Part shown: positions 1-14,221 of the stretch, piece by piece
How the letters are laid out: each line of letters begins with the position of its first letter
How positions within the stretch are numbered: the first letter of the stretch is position 1
Source: Octopus sinensis
Taxonomy: Eukaryota
Assembly: GCF_006345805.1 (NCBI RefSeq)
Contig: NC_042997.1
Span: forward strand, 179,614,001-179,678,000
Length of the DNA: 64,000 nt
Direction of reading: 5' to 3'
Made by a program: the position numbers and the translations under genes
Notes under the pieces: model-generated
What the model was told of the DNA's origin: nothing
What the model saw: the letters and a program-made list of their open reading frames with translations, nothing else
The model's database searches: none

Positions 1-619
1 TGTTGGTTTGTGCAATTTTGTGTGTATGTGCATGTTATTGTTATATAAGTATTTACCTTTGTCTATTTATTTATCTATAACCCCTCTCTTTACATATATA
101 TATGATTTTATGCGCGTATATATATGTTTGTGTGTATAGAGAGACATGCTTTATGATATCAGCCACATACAGATTCAATCAAACACACTCACGCATACAC
201 AGATGATATCCTTTGGATATCCGACAGTACCGATGTTCAGTAGCACATTAGTTAAACTTATCCACCTACTCGCTGTATTTATTATAAGTTGTGTGGATCC
301 CTTAACATAAGTTTCAGGCTGAACAAGAAGCACAATATGAAAAGAAAGGAATCTTTGACTTAACGGTTCATCTGATTCACTTACATAGTTTTCATCTCTT
401 GTATATTATCGTATAGACTTGGCTTTAAGAAAGAATAGAAGATCATAGAGTTTGTTATACTCTTCCCAGTGCAGTGCGCACACACTGTCGCGCATCGGCC
501 AACTTCCCTTCCTACTCTTTCTCTTAGGACATTTAAAACCTACTTCTGTTTATGAAAAGCAGGATTACGTTGGTTTTCTCCTTATCTTTCTTGAGTACTC
601 TCTGTAAGGATGGAGATTT

Positions 620-928
620 TATTATCTATTTATGTGTCCTTTTCAAGCCTAGCCAAGCTCATGGGCCCGGTGTTCCGTTTTCTGTGTTCCCCCGCAACTG
701 GACGGGACGCCAGTCCATCGCAGCGTTACTCAAGAAACAGGAAGAAAGAGTGAGAGAAAGTTGGGGCGAAAGTGTACAACAGGGTCGCCACCCCACCCCC
801 TGCCGGAGCCTCGCAGAGCTTTAGGCATTTTCGCTCAATAAACACACACAACGCCCGGTCTGGGAATCGAAACCGCGATCCTCCGACCACGAGTCCGCAG
901 CCCTAACCACCGGGCCATTGCGCCTCAA
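620..928 (-). mobile_element. tRNA-derived SINE, family C
   Basis: The minus strand begins with a tRNA-like head containing A-box-like TGGCCCGGTGG and B-box-like GGTTTCGATTCCC. A highly similar second copy lies at 26007-26322. Confidence 0.85.
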
Positions 929-1448
929 CAAGGATAGAGATATTGTTTCCTTTGTTATATATTTTTGTGACACTTCAATTACTCCTTCGTTTTCCTTGGA
1001 TACCTCAAGTCTAGTCTTTGTCTTTACTGCACACTCAAAGCTGGTGTTGATGTTAATGTTATTGCACGTTTATCACGTCTCTAGTCATTTAATTTCTATC
1101 TTTTTTATCCAATTGCATTTCTTTTCGTTTACATAATATATGTGAAGGTGTCTAAATTTGAAGCATTCTCTGTATATTTATATAGAATTTGGAGCCGTTT
1201 TGATTTATATTAGCGCAACTTCCAGCATGGCAAGAACTTCTTGCTAATTATGACATATATTCTTCTTGCAATACACAAATATTACACATGTCCAAATGAA
1301 AAGTGTCTAACAGTTTAAACATGCGAAAAGGCAGACTTTTCCTATATTGCCAGTAATTTAGGAGACGTTCAATACTTCCGCCCGAAATCTCTTATTCGTA
1401 TGAAAAGAAACGTCCCTTTTCACTGATTTGCAAACGAAGTAAATTGAC

Positions 1449-1539
1449 TAAGTCTTGGTGTCGATTTGCTCGAGTAAAGGCGGCGCTCCAACATGGCCGC
1501 AGTCAAATGACTGAAACAAATAAAAGAAAGAATAAAAAG
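1449..1539 (+). mobile_element. SINE family A, 3' fragment
   Basis: Matches the 3' end of the full copies (aaggcggcgctccaacatggccgcagtcaaatgactgaaacaa plus an A-rich tail). Confidence 0.8.
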
Positions 1540-1697
1540 CAAATTATCCCGAGTGATCCACATTTTTGTTTTCATTTTTATAGAGTAATGTGGTACGATT
1601 TAAATTCCATTTAACAGCTATTTATAGCTAATCGATTAACAGCCAAACTATTCCATTTGAGTATTCGTATGATATTTTATCATACGTCTACATAACC

Positions 1698-1745
<48 letters not shown>

Positions 1746-1751
1746 CATTAT

Positions 1752-1781
<30 letters not shown>
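1698..1781. repeat. (ATT)n/(AGT)n microsatellite
   Basis: Seen directly; it explains the poly-N/T ORF 1648..1863. Confidence 0.95.
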
Positions 1782-1782
<1 letters not shown>

Positions 1783-3019
1783 TCTGATTCTAATTATAAT
1801 ATTCTGTATGTCACAAACTTTGGTTATCGAAATATATTGTAACATTGAAATAACAGCGGTCATTGTGATATCAAGCTGTCAATGGTGATAGAATAGTTAA
1901 TTGCGTGTGTCCTGCACTGGATGTTTCCCTCAGTGGTATATATCCCGCTATCTCAGTCGTGTTATTAGTGAAAGTAATTAGATCTTAACAGGTACACCCA
2001 TCTAGCTTGAAGTAGGTGCAACGGCTTGTAGAATTTATTGGGATAATTAGCATCACTTCAGTGTTCAGAAAGTGATTCATTTTCTTTCGGTGATAGATTC
2101 TTTAGTTGTTTAGTTTGCTGTCGCTATCAGAGCCAAGACTATATTGGAACATTGTCTTCAAAATTGGATATTTAATAACTTTCGTGTCGCCTCTGTATTT
2201 ATTAAGAAAAATAATGCGTTTGTCGTTGTTGTGGAATCTCTGTAAGGTGGATCAACGAATTGGTGGAATCTGGTCTGCTTTTGAAGATGGCAAATCAGAA
2301 AATTTAATCGACTAATCATTAAAAACATCCAAGAGCTCTTTTATCACATTTTTCATAATCGTTTTGTCACGTACGTGCGCACCTATGTATTTTTATGCTA
2401 AACTGTTGCTATTTAATGTAGATCCACTCTTCGTTTTTCTATGTCAAAGTTTATAGCAAAATCGTTTAAGATTCTTCTACATGTACAATATAGCCTTTAG
2501 TAGTAGAGTAATTAAAGTATCGAGTAAATAGCCTTTCAGTACTTGCTCGGTGCTCTGGGTTCTGAAGTCAATTACCACAGCAGAAAACTATGTTTTTCAT
2601 CCTTTCGGGATCGGTAGCTTAAGTACCAATCCTGTGCCGGGCTCTACACTTTCTTTTTTATTTCTCGCTCCCCTTGTCTCTATAAGGGATTGGATGTGGT
2701 TAGATCCAAGAGGTATAGGCCTCGCCAGATCTAAAATTACCTTAAACCCGTGGTATATTACGGCGACTGCATCAGAAGATGAGGCGGCATGGTACAGTGG
2801 CTATGGCATCTCATCAGTGTTCCATAGTGTTGGTACGAATATACGGACGTATTCGTCAGTTTTTAAATTCTCAGTTCACTTACGTCTTTCTTTTTTTGTA
2901 AATCTGTTTTATAATCTCTCCACTTGGTAAGTACGATCTAGGTTACTATCTCACCAGTTGATTGGTAGACAGTACTGAAGTCACTTCCCATGTCAGAAAT
3001 GAGCATTTATTAAGGAAAT

Positions 3020-3340
3020 GTAGTTTGCCCGTCGATGCGACGAAGGCCGTCTAGTCATCCTGGGTTGGGGGGGGGGCTTGTTTTGTGAGTCCGCAGATGG
3101 TTACTGAGGCAAATCTGCTCCCGAAAGAGTCTTTGACTGTATGTATAGGGAATCGTAGCGCCTGCTACATGATTGTTAGCTCTGTTCTTCCTGGCTTGTC
3201 TGCGGTCTTCTGCAGCAGCGATCCTATTGGTTTCGCATTTGTTGGCACCCTTGTGGTCAGCTGATCGCCACCCTTCTCTGTCTAGAGCAGACTGCTCCCA
3301 AGTGTCATAATCGATGTTGAAGGCTTTCAGTGAGGCTTTC
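3020..3340 (-). mobile_element. RTE-clade LINE, 5'-truncated 3' end
   Basis: The ORF KASLKAFNIDYDTWEQSALDREGWRS...RLFREQICLSNHLRTH resembles the RTE/BovB ORF2 C-terminus with a decayed C2H2 finger. A degenerate TSD flanks it: attaaggaaat (3009-3019) and attaaagaaaat (3341-3352). Confidence 0.8.
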
Positions 3341-4719
3341 ATTAAAGAAAATACTTTCAGCGAGCAGGTATATTTGACATCAGCGTCGGTTCTGTGTTGG
3401 GTTTAAATATCTTGCAATGTATGGTTCTGACTTCGCCAGATTCGATTTTACTCTTCATCCGTCCAAGATCAATATAATAAGCTCAGTATGTATTTTGAAT
3501 GCATATATCACACCACCTGTATTCTATAAATTCGTGGCTTTGTAGTTACGCTAGACGGAATTATTTCTGGTTGGAAATGTTGTTTACTTTTGAATTTTAA
3601 CCTAAATTTAGAGTGTGAACCTATTTTCCCTATTGACTGAAGACTCGTTTCTCTCTTGTATCCTAAAGAAAAGCAAAATCATATGTTCATGGCCTCTAGT
3701 GTTCTGCTGTGAAGAATCTCAACATTTGTTTCTTGGCTGAAAGGATATTGTAAACTCAGTGAATTCCACTTTAGTATATTAATGTTAACTAACTTTTTTA
3801 TCGACCAGAAGAGTGTGAAAGCCAACGTCGGCTGAAATGTGAATTGGCCACAAAAATATCGTGATAATGAATTAAATAACCTAACATTACAATGAAAGAG
3901 AGTCGAGCAGTTAAATAGCTCTAATAATCTAGTAAAGTATGCTTCACTCTTCACCTCAACAACAGCAACAGCAATAACAAGCACAAAAACAAGAACAATA
4001 ACGAAAACAACAACATCAACTACAACTCCTTTCCATTTCATTGTAATGTTATTTCGTCATTGTTTCCCCATGCCGGATGCGATAACGTGTTGTATAAAAG
4101 CTTAACATCAATGCTTTAAGATTTAATGCTGGCTATTTGAAATCAATGCCTCCATGTTGTTTTTTTTAAATCAATATTTTAGTATCAATTATCATATGAA
4201 TATAAGCTGTTTTTATTCATTTTAGAAATTTAGAAGAAAAACAAAAACGCAAATATTCTCGAATAAATGAATGAATCTAAACTGAAATGCTGACATTTTG
4301 CTGTTCATATTTTTATAATTTTTAAGAACATTTTCTCTTCACCCGGATTTTCACATCACACCAAAATGTTTGCAGAAAATATGTGTGCGCGTGAATATGC
4401 ATGGAAAGAGAAAACAAAACGAAGATGAGTTAGAGAGTTAGACAGATCGATAAAGAGCGAGAGAGAGAGAGAGAGGACAAGGAAAAGTGAGGGTAGACAG
4501 AGAGAAAGAGAGACAGTGAGTGAGAGAGAGAGAGAGAGAGACAATAAGCGGGAGAAAAGGAGAGAGAGAGATAAAACATGTGAGTGAATCAGTCAACAGT
4601 TAGGTCATTAGGTTACTATTTTAATTCTCCTTGTCCAAATAGTATACCTGGCACAAAATACATTTTTATTATCTCATAATCCAGTTTTTATATACATCTA
4701 ATTAATAAGATATGCTGAA

Positions 4720-5050
4720 TTATAGAGTTCTTATTGCTATACTGCTGACGATCTCGTTTGTTGTCGATAGGGTAAGACAATCGAGGCTTGAGTAAAAGTG
4801 TATAAAACAATATTCAGATACCGCTGGTAACTGGATATAATACAATGAACAATTCTTTAAAACTACAAGAACATCTTTGTATGGACCAGCTGCAGAAGAG
4901 TAAAGAACAACGTAAATATTTCAACTAAATGCCTGCAGCTATATTTCCACATGAAACTAACACTATATTTCCGAAATGTCAATGGGGTAAGTCCTTTTAC
5001 TTACATTCGCTGGATTTGTAAAATTAACTATAAGTACGATGGTGTAAATT
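4720..5050 (+). mobile_element. Possible highly decayed LINE reverse transcriptase remnant
   Basis: Frameshifted LY-ADDLV near 4735-4757 and FTYI (FxYLG-like) near 4995. Weak. Confidence 0.25.
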
Positions 5051-6091
5051 CAGTTTACAACAGCAAGAATAATATCAGTTATATGATTAACATATTTCGT
5101 TAGTATTTGATACTGAAATCGAGCAACTGAGGTTGCATATAATCTTGGAATCAGAAAATGAGGCAATACGTCACTATTTATCTTCATACAACACTATAGT
5201 TTAAATTTGTAACAGATACACTGTAATATATGAAGTATGCCTTCTTAGTTGAAACGAAATCTAAACTTGTTGAGAAGAAGAACGAGAACGTTATCACGCA
5301 GTAGTGGACTGTAAGGCAAGACAGTCTTTGATATCCGCTCGATTTTTGCTTTAAATGGTCACGATTGGATTCTGTTCACTTTTACGTAATAAGTAAATAT
5401 GGATTTAATCTGAAGGCGGGCTTAAAACCAACGCTTGACCCTATAATTCTTTAACGAGGTGCATTCTATCATGTGCCTTGCGAAACTTTGCTTCCTCCTT
5501 CAACCAGCGTCATAGAAACCTTTAAAAATGTTCATATACGTTGCTCTTGCTTATCTGACAACACTAATTTAAAATAAATCTATGTTATATAATAGGAAAC
5601 GTGAATTTTGATATAAATATTTAGATCTTGTAACCCTGCAATATAATTATATTTGTAAATTAAGCCAAATTCGTAATGCATTTTAGATAATTAAATTTAT
5701 CCAGCGTAAAGTTAATTCCTTAAAATCGCATTATCAAATTCTAATTTATGGAGCAAGCATTGAAATAATCCCTTAAAACCAATACTGGGATATATTCAAC
5801 TGAGTAATACTGCTAAACCAATATACGAAACTTGGAGGATTAAATTAATCTCTAAAACTAATTAACGTTTAACATTTCCTTATATTCATACACGGTTACC
5901 AACTGAGCCAAAAGCGTTCATGATGTAATGTAATAACTTATTAATCATGTTGATGTTTTAAATGTGAAACAGACAAAAATGAAAATAAAGCAAAATAAAT
6001 TTAAAAAAGAATCATATTATGTGCATAAAAAATAATGAAATAACCTAATTGAAATTCACTGATACAACTCATTCCAGTAGATATGTTACTC

Positions 6092-6420
<329 letters not shown>

Positions 6421-6564
6421 GCACATTTTGTTTCGAATTTGTGAGAATGTCTATAGAATAATATTTTAGTTGAATAAAGTTAAAACATAGTCTGGTTTTC
6501 ACGTCTTTTATTATGGTATTTTAATTAAATTATCGCCTTCATACATAGTGTATTCATCAGATTA

Positions 6565-7038
6565 CAAATGTGTTTAACTGACAATTGAGTTCTTGTCAAC
6601 CTTAGTACCTACATATAAGCGAGACAGGGAAGGCATTACTGGAACGCTCGCGAGTCCACAGACAACAAATCCGGAAAACAAATGTTCGCTAAATTCCTTT
6701 GAGCGAACATATAGAGACATGTGGTTAAGAAATTTTTCTAATTTTTCCTTTCCACAGACTATATGGCACAAGTGATTTTGGAAGAAAGATAATAGAAATT
6801 ACGGTTTATTAAAATATTCAAATCTGTTCTAAACGGAAATACAGCAATTATATAACAACCGGTTAATGATATGGATTAATAAATATAAACAAGTTACAGA
6901 ATATCGGTACGCCTGATAAAGGGTGATGTTTAAGAACACGCGGATTGGTCAAAAAGATATTCTAAAATAACAGCTGGTTGCAGTGTTCTAAGAGAAACTA
7001 AATTTGTCAAGAACTCAACTGTCAGTTAAACACATTTG
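6565..7038. mobile_element. MITE-like element with 35-bp terminal inverted repeats
   Basis: 6565-6599 caaatgtgtttaactgacaattgagttcttgtcaa matches the reverse complement of 7004-7038 with 2 mismatches; no coding capacity inside. Confidence 0.75.
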
Positions 7039-7188
7039 AAAATGTTAATTTTGTTAAAATACCATAATAAAAAACGCGTAAACCAAATCATATTAAAACT
7101 ATGTGACGTGTGTGCATTTTCTTTCTTTCAATTCTTATATATATTACAACTCACCACATAGGGATAATCAAAATTCATCTCTTTCCGT

Positions 7189-7245
<57 letters not shown>

Positions 7246-9029
7246 AACGGGAAAACAATTATACGTTACAACAAGGTCCAGCAAACAAAATAGGCAAGAT
7301 GAAACGAGTCAAGCAGGCTTCAACCAGTAAATGAACGATTGAATTGGTGGTCGTTGAGTATATAAGACTAACTTTTCAACTGACATCAAAATGTAAAGAA
7401 GCTCATAGCTATGAGTCAATAGAAAATCCACATAGGGATGAAAGTGATGAGTCATCGTGTGATTTGTGATAGAGTCAGAAATGTAAATTCTTCGAAATAG
7501 CATTTCTTAGTCATTAGAATTATTAATAACCTCTACAGAAGTATTCATTGTAGTGGAAAGCTAGCTGATGAGAAGATAAGATAGTGTATCATACCTTTAA
7601 ATAGCTTGATGAATTGAGCTTGCATTAATAGAGAGAGTGTAAGGTGAACCGTGCCAAACTTTAATCAAACATCAAATATCAAACTATATTGTTAAAATGT
7701 AGCAACAGAAGTAATCTATACTGCTTAGTTTATGGAAATTTAGTATTAAGTGTCGGAGTATATCACATGCCGAGCTTGATTTCAAGTGTTCATTTGTCAG
7801 GGACAATGTTTTAAGCATGAATGTTATAGTATATAAACCATCCCTGCTCATGTTAACAGCCGGGTATTACAGTTATGGTTAGAACTGATTTTGTTTAAAA
7901 TTGTATGTGCAGTGGACTTATCTATGTTGTCTCGCGAACTGCATCTAGTGTTAACCTCATGTACTCGTATATTAAAGATTCTATGGTGCAGTGAGAAAAT
8001 CCGTCCTTATTTGCGCCTAGAAGCCTTAGCTTTGTGAGAAGAGAGATTCAAACTATACACTGGTTTGAACTATATGACTGTCCTGCTTCTTAGTTTATTG
8101 TGTTGAAGGGATAGATTCACTATACTTCAGCCTATCATTTAAGTACTTCTTGTCAGCGTACAATTCTGATGAAGTGCTCCTCCCCCATGTCCTCGTTCGA
8201 GAATACACTAAAGAGATGCCTATTTTTACATGTCTGATTTATATCGGTATGGTAGAAGGAATAAATAACGTATGTACGCCGAACACTGGGCATTTTGAAC
8301 CTTGCTACATGCACTTTACATTTTGAATCTTATATTCACATTTGATTTGCGTTGATGCAGCATAATGTTGTATATCCCACCTAGCATTATATTGTAATAT
8401 ATTGTGAAATTGTTGAAATTAATTTATATTTATTTCATATTTATCAGGTGAAATTTTGTCGTAGTTACTAATACTCATATTCTAAATTATTGTTAACTAC
8501 GTTTTAAGCTCTTTTGATATGTTAAGCATTGTATTATCTTAGCTATAAAATCCAGAAGTTTGACAATAGTAAGTCTAACATCTCATATAAATACTACATA
8601 GTTGAAACCACGACACGTTGCGTTCAAACCGCTGAATACTGAAGCCGCGTTGTAAAGATTTTACCGCTGTTTCTTTGACTTAAAAATATTTGATGACACA
8701 ATCCAAGACATAGGAAAGAATTCAAGGATATTTCTCAAATTTGTGTAATTTTCGAAGATTTAAAATAATGCTTTTCATATATATCATATAGAATTTTACC
8801 GTTGCTTCTTATACTCTAAATTAATGTAATCCGTCGTTGACTATAGTTGTCGTTTTGAGTCTCGCTTTAGACTTATCAAAAACTATTCTCAGTTATTTTT
8901 ACTTTGCAGCTTAAAGAGTGGCTTTAAAAGTCATTCGTTTACTTTCTTGAGAAAGTTAAAATATTTATATTTTAGATTATAAAACATAGAAAACTTACAA
9001 AAAACTGTGACATTCTTTGTTTTATTTAT

Positions 9030-9950
9030 CATGCTTGCTTCAAAGAAGGCTGTATGATAAACTTTAAAAATATTTTCTTTCAATGTTGTAGTGTATACGT
9101 GATAAATACACTCTCATTTCTTCACCGGTGCGTTCGACAGCGAGTGGTTTTTCACATTTAATATAATTCCATGAAGAAAAAATCCAGACTCACATGAATA
9201 CAATGTTGAAAATTGAATTAAAATAGTCTAAGTTCTTTTAGTTACTGATGGATATTTTCCTCTGAAGGAAAACCAAATCTATGCAAGAGATTAAACATTA
9301 TATTTGGTTTTTGGTCTACTATCAGTGGAAATCAAAGTCAATTTTTCCCTCAGATAATTTCAAACCAACATAAGTTAGAATTTCCATGAAAGGGCTTCCA
9401 TCGGATTGTATTTCTCTTTGTTTAATGGTGGAATATAAAAGCTCAAATTCACTTCTAAAGTTGTCAAATATGGAACTGTGTTAAAAGCCATTTCCTGTAT
9501 ATATCCTTTATTTTCACTTCGTTTGGTAAAAGCATCTCTACTGAAAATACATTTAATATGAATTTTCTAAAAAAAAAAAACGTATGTTTAACAGTCGTCT
9601 TTTTTAAAAAGAAATGAAGACGATACTTTACATGACTTGATGTAAATATCATTTGAATTCAACTCCCAATGATTTTGCAGCCAAAGTCTCTCTATGTAGA
9701 AAACTGAGAATTATAATAAAATCCAAACTGCCGTATTTTCACAAATACTGTATGCTCTTTCCTGCAGCCTTCGATATCACAAAAGCAAGCAAAGCAAATA
9801 CAAACACATAGCAATTCTCATTTTTAAGGTAGTCTATTGGCTTATCAAATTTGAAAGCAAAATTTCAATATTTATACTCATTCGGGTACACATTCTTCCC
9901 GATACTTGCAGACAGGTAAAAACGTATTCCTAAAGTGAATCATGTGTGAC
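9030..9950 (-). mobile_element. hAT (Buster/Charlie; ZBED5/SCAND3-like) transposase relic
   Basis: The minus strand gives FLHRETLAAKSLGVEFK (~9655-9702), FSTLYSCESGF (~9180-9212) and EEMRVYLSRI (~9095-9123); many stops and frameshifts. Confidence 0.8.
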
Positions 9951-10619
9951 ACGAATTTACTAATTTCTTTTATGGGTATGTGTGTATGTAAGTATGTATG
10001 TATTAAGGTCCGACCTGAAACTGTGCAAAAGGCAATGCAATGGAAATTGAAATATTTGTATGAAAACGAGGATGGAAACAAAACAGCATTTTCCATATTA
10101 CGTTAATTTCTATTACGGAGATGTACTTGCATAGCAAGTGACCTGATCTGAGATCGTGTGCTGGAACGAAAATAATTGCAGCATGGATGGTGTTAATAAG
10201 CCATTTAAGAAACATACATAAACCGTTAGATTCACTTCAACATCTAAATTTAATTTGTCAAAATATTTTCGTCGCTCTGAGATCGCGACCTGTTCACGGA
10301 CAAAATTCCGATTTTTGGTTAATTTCTATTTTCGGCGTTAATATCTCTTCGTTAGAAGAAAATGGAGGATGGTTTCGAGTTGGAATCTTTTGTTCAGATA
10401 TGTGGGAGGGGAAGGTTTTAAAAATTGTGAGTAGAATAGTATAGTTGTAATAAGCAATATACTTCGTGTATATCTGAACTATTGTTGATCGGTAATTTTA
10501 GTTTAGGAATGAGAAGTCCAACTGCCAATATTAGCTGCTAAGTCCCGACTATAGCACATCTGTAGATGGTTCTTGAATGATGTGTTTATTTGATAAAGTT
10601 ATGTAGCTTTTGGCTAGAA

Positions 10620-10870
10620 TGTGCTATATAGTGACCTCAACATTTAGCGCAGTTTAGTTCTTCTAGATCTTCAAACACATGTTGATGTGGAAACGGACCA
10701 GTGTGCACGTTGCATAGTGCATAGTTGTGTATTGACGGATTTGTAGAGAGGAAATTCGCAAAGAAAAGAGCGGTGTGTATCATTTGTATGTTCAGGTATT
10801 CTCTACTGATCACTCGTTGATTACAGCAAGATTGGGCATTCTTAGGAAGCACAAGGTATCTCTGGAAGTG
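10620..10870 (+). mobile_element. Possible LINE APE-endonuclease relic
   Basis: SDLN (GDFN-like, 10630), IDGFVER (10731) and STDHSLITARL (10802) occur in the expected order but in different frames. Confidence 0.35.
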
Positions 10871-11329
10871 TGAACCTCCGTTTAATGCATACATGCTTTT
10901 AGGTATTGGGGCAAAATATGGCGGGTAGCCGTTATTTCATAGCCTTTGGAATAGCTTTTGTTCTAGGCTTGATCTTCTGCCTCACAGAACCTATTGATTA
11001 TCCGGGAAATTTAGTTTTGTATGAAGATACTTTGGTTATTGCGACGTAGTTCAACTCGCAGAGCACAAGCAGACACCTCTTGGCCGCTTTCGTGTAGAAT
11101 TTGTGAATAATGACCCCCACCTCAATATATAAATAAAAATGCATAGATACGAAACCGGTTTCCACTCGCTTCTCGATTTCAAACTCAAGATTACGGGACG
11201 GGGAAAGACAAAAATATGCACAAAGCATATGGCTTATTATAACCGAAAATCTTTTGAAAACCGTCTGCGGTCATGTGCAGGTGAAACATTCTGTCAACTG
11301 CACTTCATTATACTCTAATATTTGGTGTA

Positions 11330-12300
11330 TGGCTCTTTGTAAGTTCCTAGCATAATTTTTGGTAAAATTCATCTTATTTTTGTTAGAATAGTGTTAAGAA
11401 ACTAAGTGATTGACGTAAATGCTTTTTCTATTCACCAGTTTCAGCTTTACAAAACGCTTTCTATGTGTCTATGATGTATCGAAATTGCCTTTACATGTAT
11501 TAATCTCTCTAAGAAAACACCCATTAATTTTCCCACATGATGGTGACGGCTATGGTTGCTTTTTTTGCTGAGTTTTAGATTGAATTGTCAAGTAGTGGCT
11601 TGTACCACTTTACATTCTTCTCCCTACTTATCTTCGGATTGTTATTCGTTGCTAATCGTGAATTCTGTGGCAGCATTTTATCATTACCTGCTCTTGTGGT
11701 CCTTTAGTTAAATTTTGATTCCAGCTTGGAGATTTAGATGTTCAGGTTAGAATACACATGCTTATATGATGGGCCTTTTCCTAAATGGCTCTTCTGAATA
11801 TAAATTATGCTAAGCGTAAATCTGTTGAATTTACCGTTGTCATATCCCCTTCAAACTAAATTTCAGCAATGCTCTTCAATGTTCACATGCATAGATTCTT
11901 TTGACTGATTTCATTTCTAAGATTTATGTTTTACTGACTATGAAGAAATCACTTTTTGCTGTACTAATTTTATGGTCTTTTAGTTCAATGAAGCTTGGCT
12001 TTTAACGATACAGATTAGTTTATGATAAATGTTGTGTATTGTGCTATGGTTCGGTGTTTATTTATTTCTATATGCTGTGGTGTATTTTTTCTAACAACTT
12101 CTAATGCTTTTGTGTAAGATATTTCTGAAAAAGTATCTTTGCATATCTTGCATAAGTTACTTGTTTTGTCAGCACATGTGAATAAGTTTTTAGAGAATTT
12201 CATTATCTTTTTTGTATCGGATTTAGTTTTTATATTTGAATGTTATGCTTTGCATCCGAGTTATACGTTTTATAACCTTGGATAGAAAATCTATAAAACG
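11330..12300 (-). mobile_element. Penelope-like element, decayed N-terminal/RT region with internal deletions
   Basis: ADKT (12162-12173), FIELKDHK (~11969-11992), AKSDFFIVSK and NVKWYKP occur in the order expected for a Penelope-like ORF. Confidence 0.6.
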
Positions 12301-13240
12301 TATTCTTATGTACTAGGAAAAATATACATCTTCTTATTTGTTGTAAAAAAATAGCTATATATTTTATTTATATCTGAGAATATACAATCTATAAATCCTA
12401 TAAAAACTGCGAGGTTTACTGGCGCAGAAAATAAAAATGAAGGAAGAATTATCGAATTTGAGAGCAATAAGCTGGGACCAGAAAAAACTGTCCAATACGA
12501 TAATCTTTGCAAGCTGATAACCTGTATGTCACTAAAATTGTCATAAGATTTTATTTTTTCAGAAGAAATGCATGTTGGATAAAGAAACTGGAGATATTTA
12601 TCTTCATGTAACTCATGTTCAACTTTAACTCTTTTCATATGACACACACTCAACTTTGCTTACATACGCATACATACAAATACAAAAGCACAGGCATATA
12701 CATGCATATATATATTTATATAAAATGCACAAAGCTTGCATAGTTTTGATATATTTTAAATGAAAGAGTATTGTGGTTGTCGACCGGTTTTTCTTTGGCG
12801 AATCATGACAGTGAAATTATTGTATTTCGTATTTTCTTAAGTAGATTTTAGTTGATATTCTTGTATGAAAGTTTATGAATATATCAACAAATAGAAAAAC
12901 TTGAGGAGAGGTAAATGGTGATAGTTATTACTTGGGAGAGGGTGGTAATTGTTCATTTTTGGTGTAGGATAATTAAAAATACAAAACTCATAAGCTGAAG
13001 CTGTGAGATGAAATATGTACAGTGATAGATATGTGATAATGTATTAAATATATACTGAGACCAAGGTTTTTTATGTGTTCATATTTAGTCATGTTCAGTA
13101 TTTTTCAATAAACAAATTTATTTTTCGATAAACAAATAATACCATCACAGGTGGCGGTAACAATAAAATTACACTTGTCTTCGCGACGCTCAACAAGAAA
13201 TCCTGATTTCAAGATATTTTCATTTCTTCCAAAATTATTT

Positions 13241-13416
<176 letters not shown>

Positions 13417-13526
13417 GCAAGCGTTCTTATTTGTTTGCATTTATTACCCGTTTCTTTCTATAAACTTTCTTCATTCATTCTTATTAATTTCATTTTGACA
13501 GTTCAGCTACAAAAAATGGGAAATTA

Positions 13527-14178
13527 TGATTTTCACACAAAAAAAACCTCGCATTTTTTGCGTGGAATCAAGGACCCTGACTTCCTAATATGCTGCAAAC
13601 TCCTTATTTTTGTTCGGAAAAAAGGATGGGGGAACTGGACTCCCCCCATATTCCGGAATCATTGGAATGTTTTTTCGTTGAATGAATTCCGGGGACCTCC
13701 TAGTATGCTACAAAACCCTTTTCTGTGTCCGGAAAATGGGGTAGGGTTAGCTGGAACCCTCAGAAATTTCACCCCCATCCTCATTGATCTTTTCTCTTGT
13801 ACGATTTTCACTAGAAAAAGAAAAAAATCTCGGATTTTTTGCGTAGAATCAAGAACCCTGACCGCCTAATATGCTGCAAACTCTCAGAAATTTCACCCCA
13901 CCCCCATTTTAAATGTTTGGATTACATTAGATTGAAAATTCAAAGAAATCTGAAATGAATAAGTGAAAATGCAGAGGTTATAGAAGTTAGTGTGGAAACG
14001 GGAGTAAAAATATAATATTAACAAAATATCTTTTTCCTACCTCTTAAAATCACTGAATATAACATATATAATAATCCCGAATAGATATTCCTGGCTTGCC
14101 AGTCCTCAGTCAAATTGTCCAACCCATGCCAGATTTGGAAAGCAGACGTTAAACGATGATGGTGATGATGATGTATAA

Positions 14179-14221
<43 letters not shown>

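Noticed and set aside
620-928. tRNA-like sequence at the SINE-C, SINE-A and SINE-B heads
   Set aside because: A and B boxes are present, but there is no acceptor stem and each runs into a SINE body; these are not tRNA genes.
12370-12630. Plus-strand reading ISENIQSINP...LIT followed by KKCMLDKETGDIY, with GT/AG signals
   Set aside because: The implied intron is only ~39 nt, the upstream acceptor is poor, and the peptide is unrecognised.
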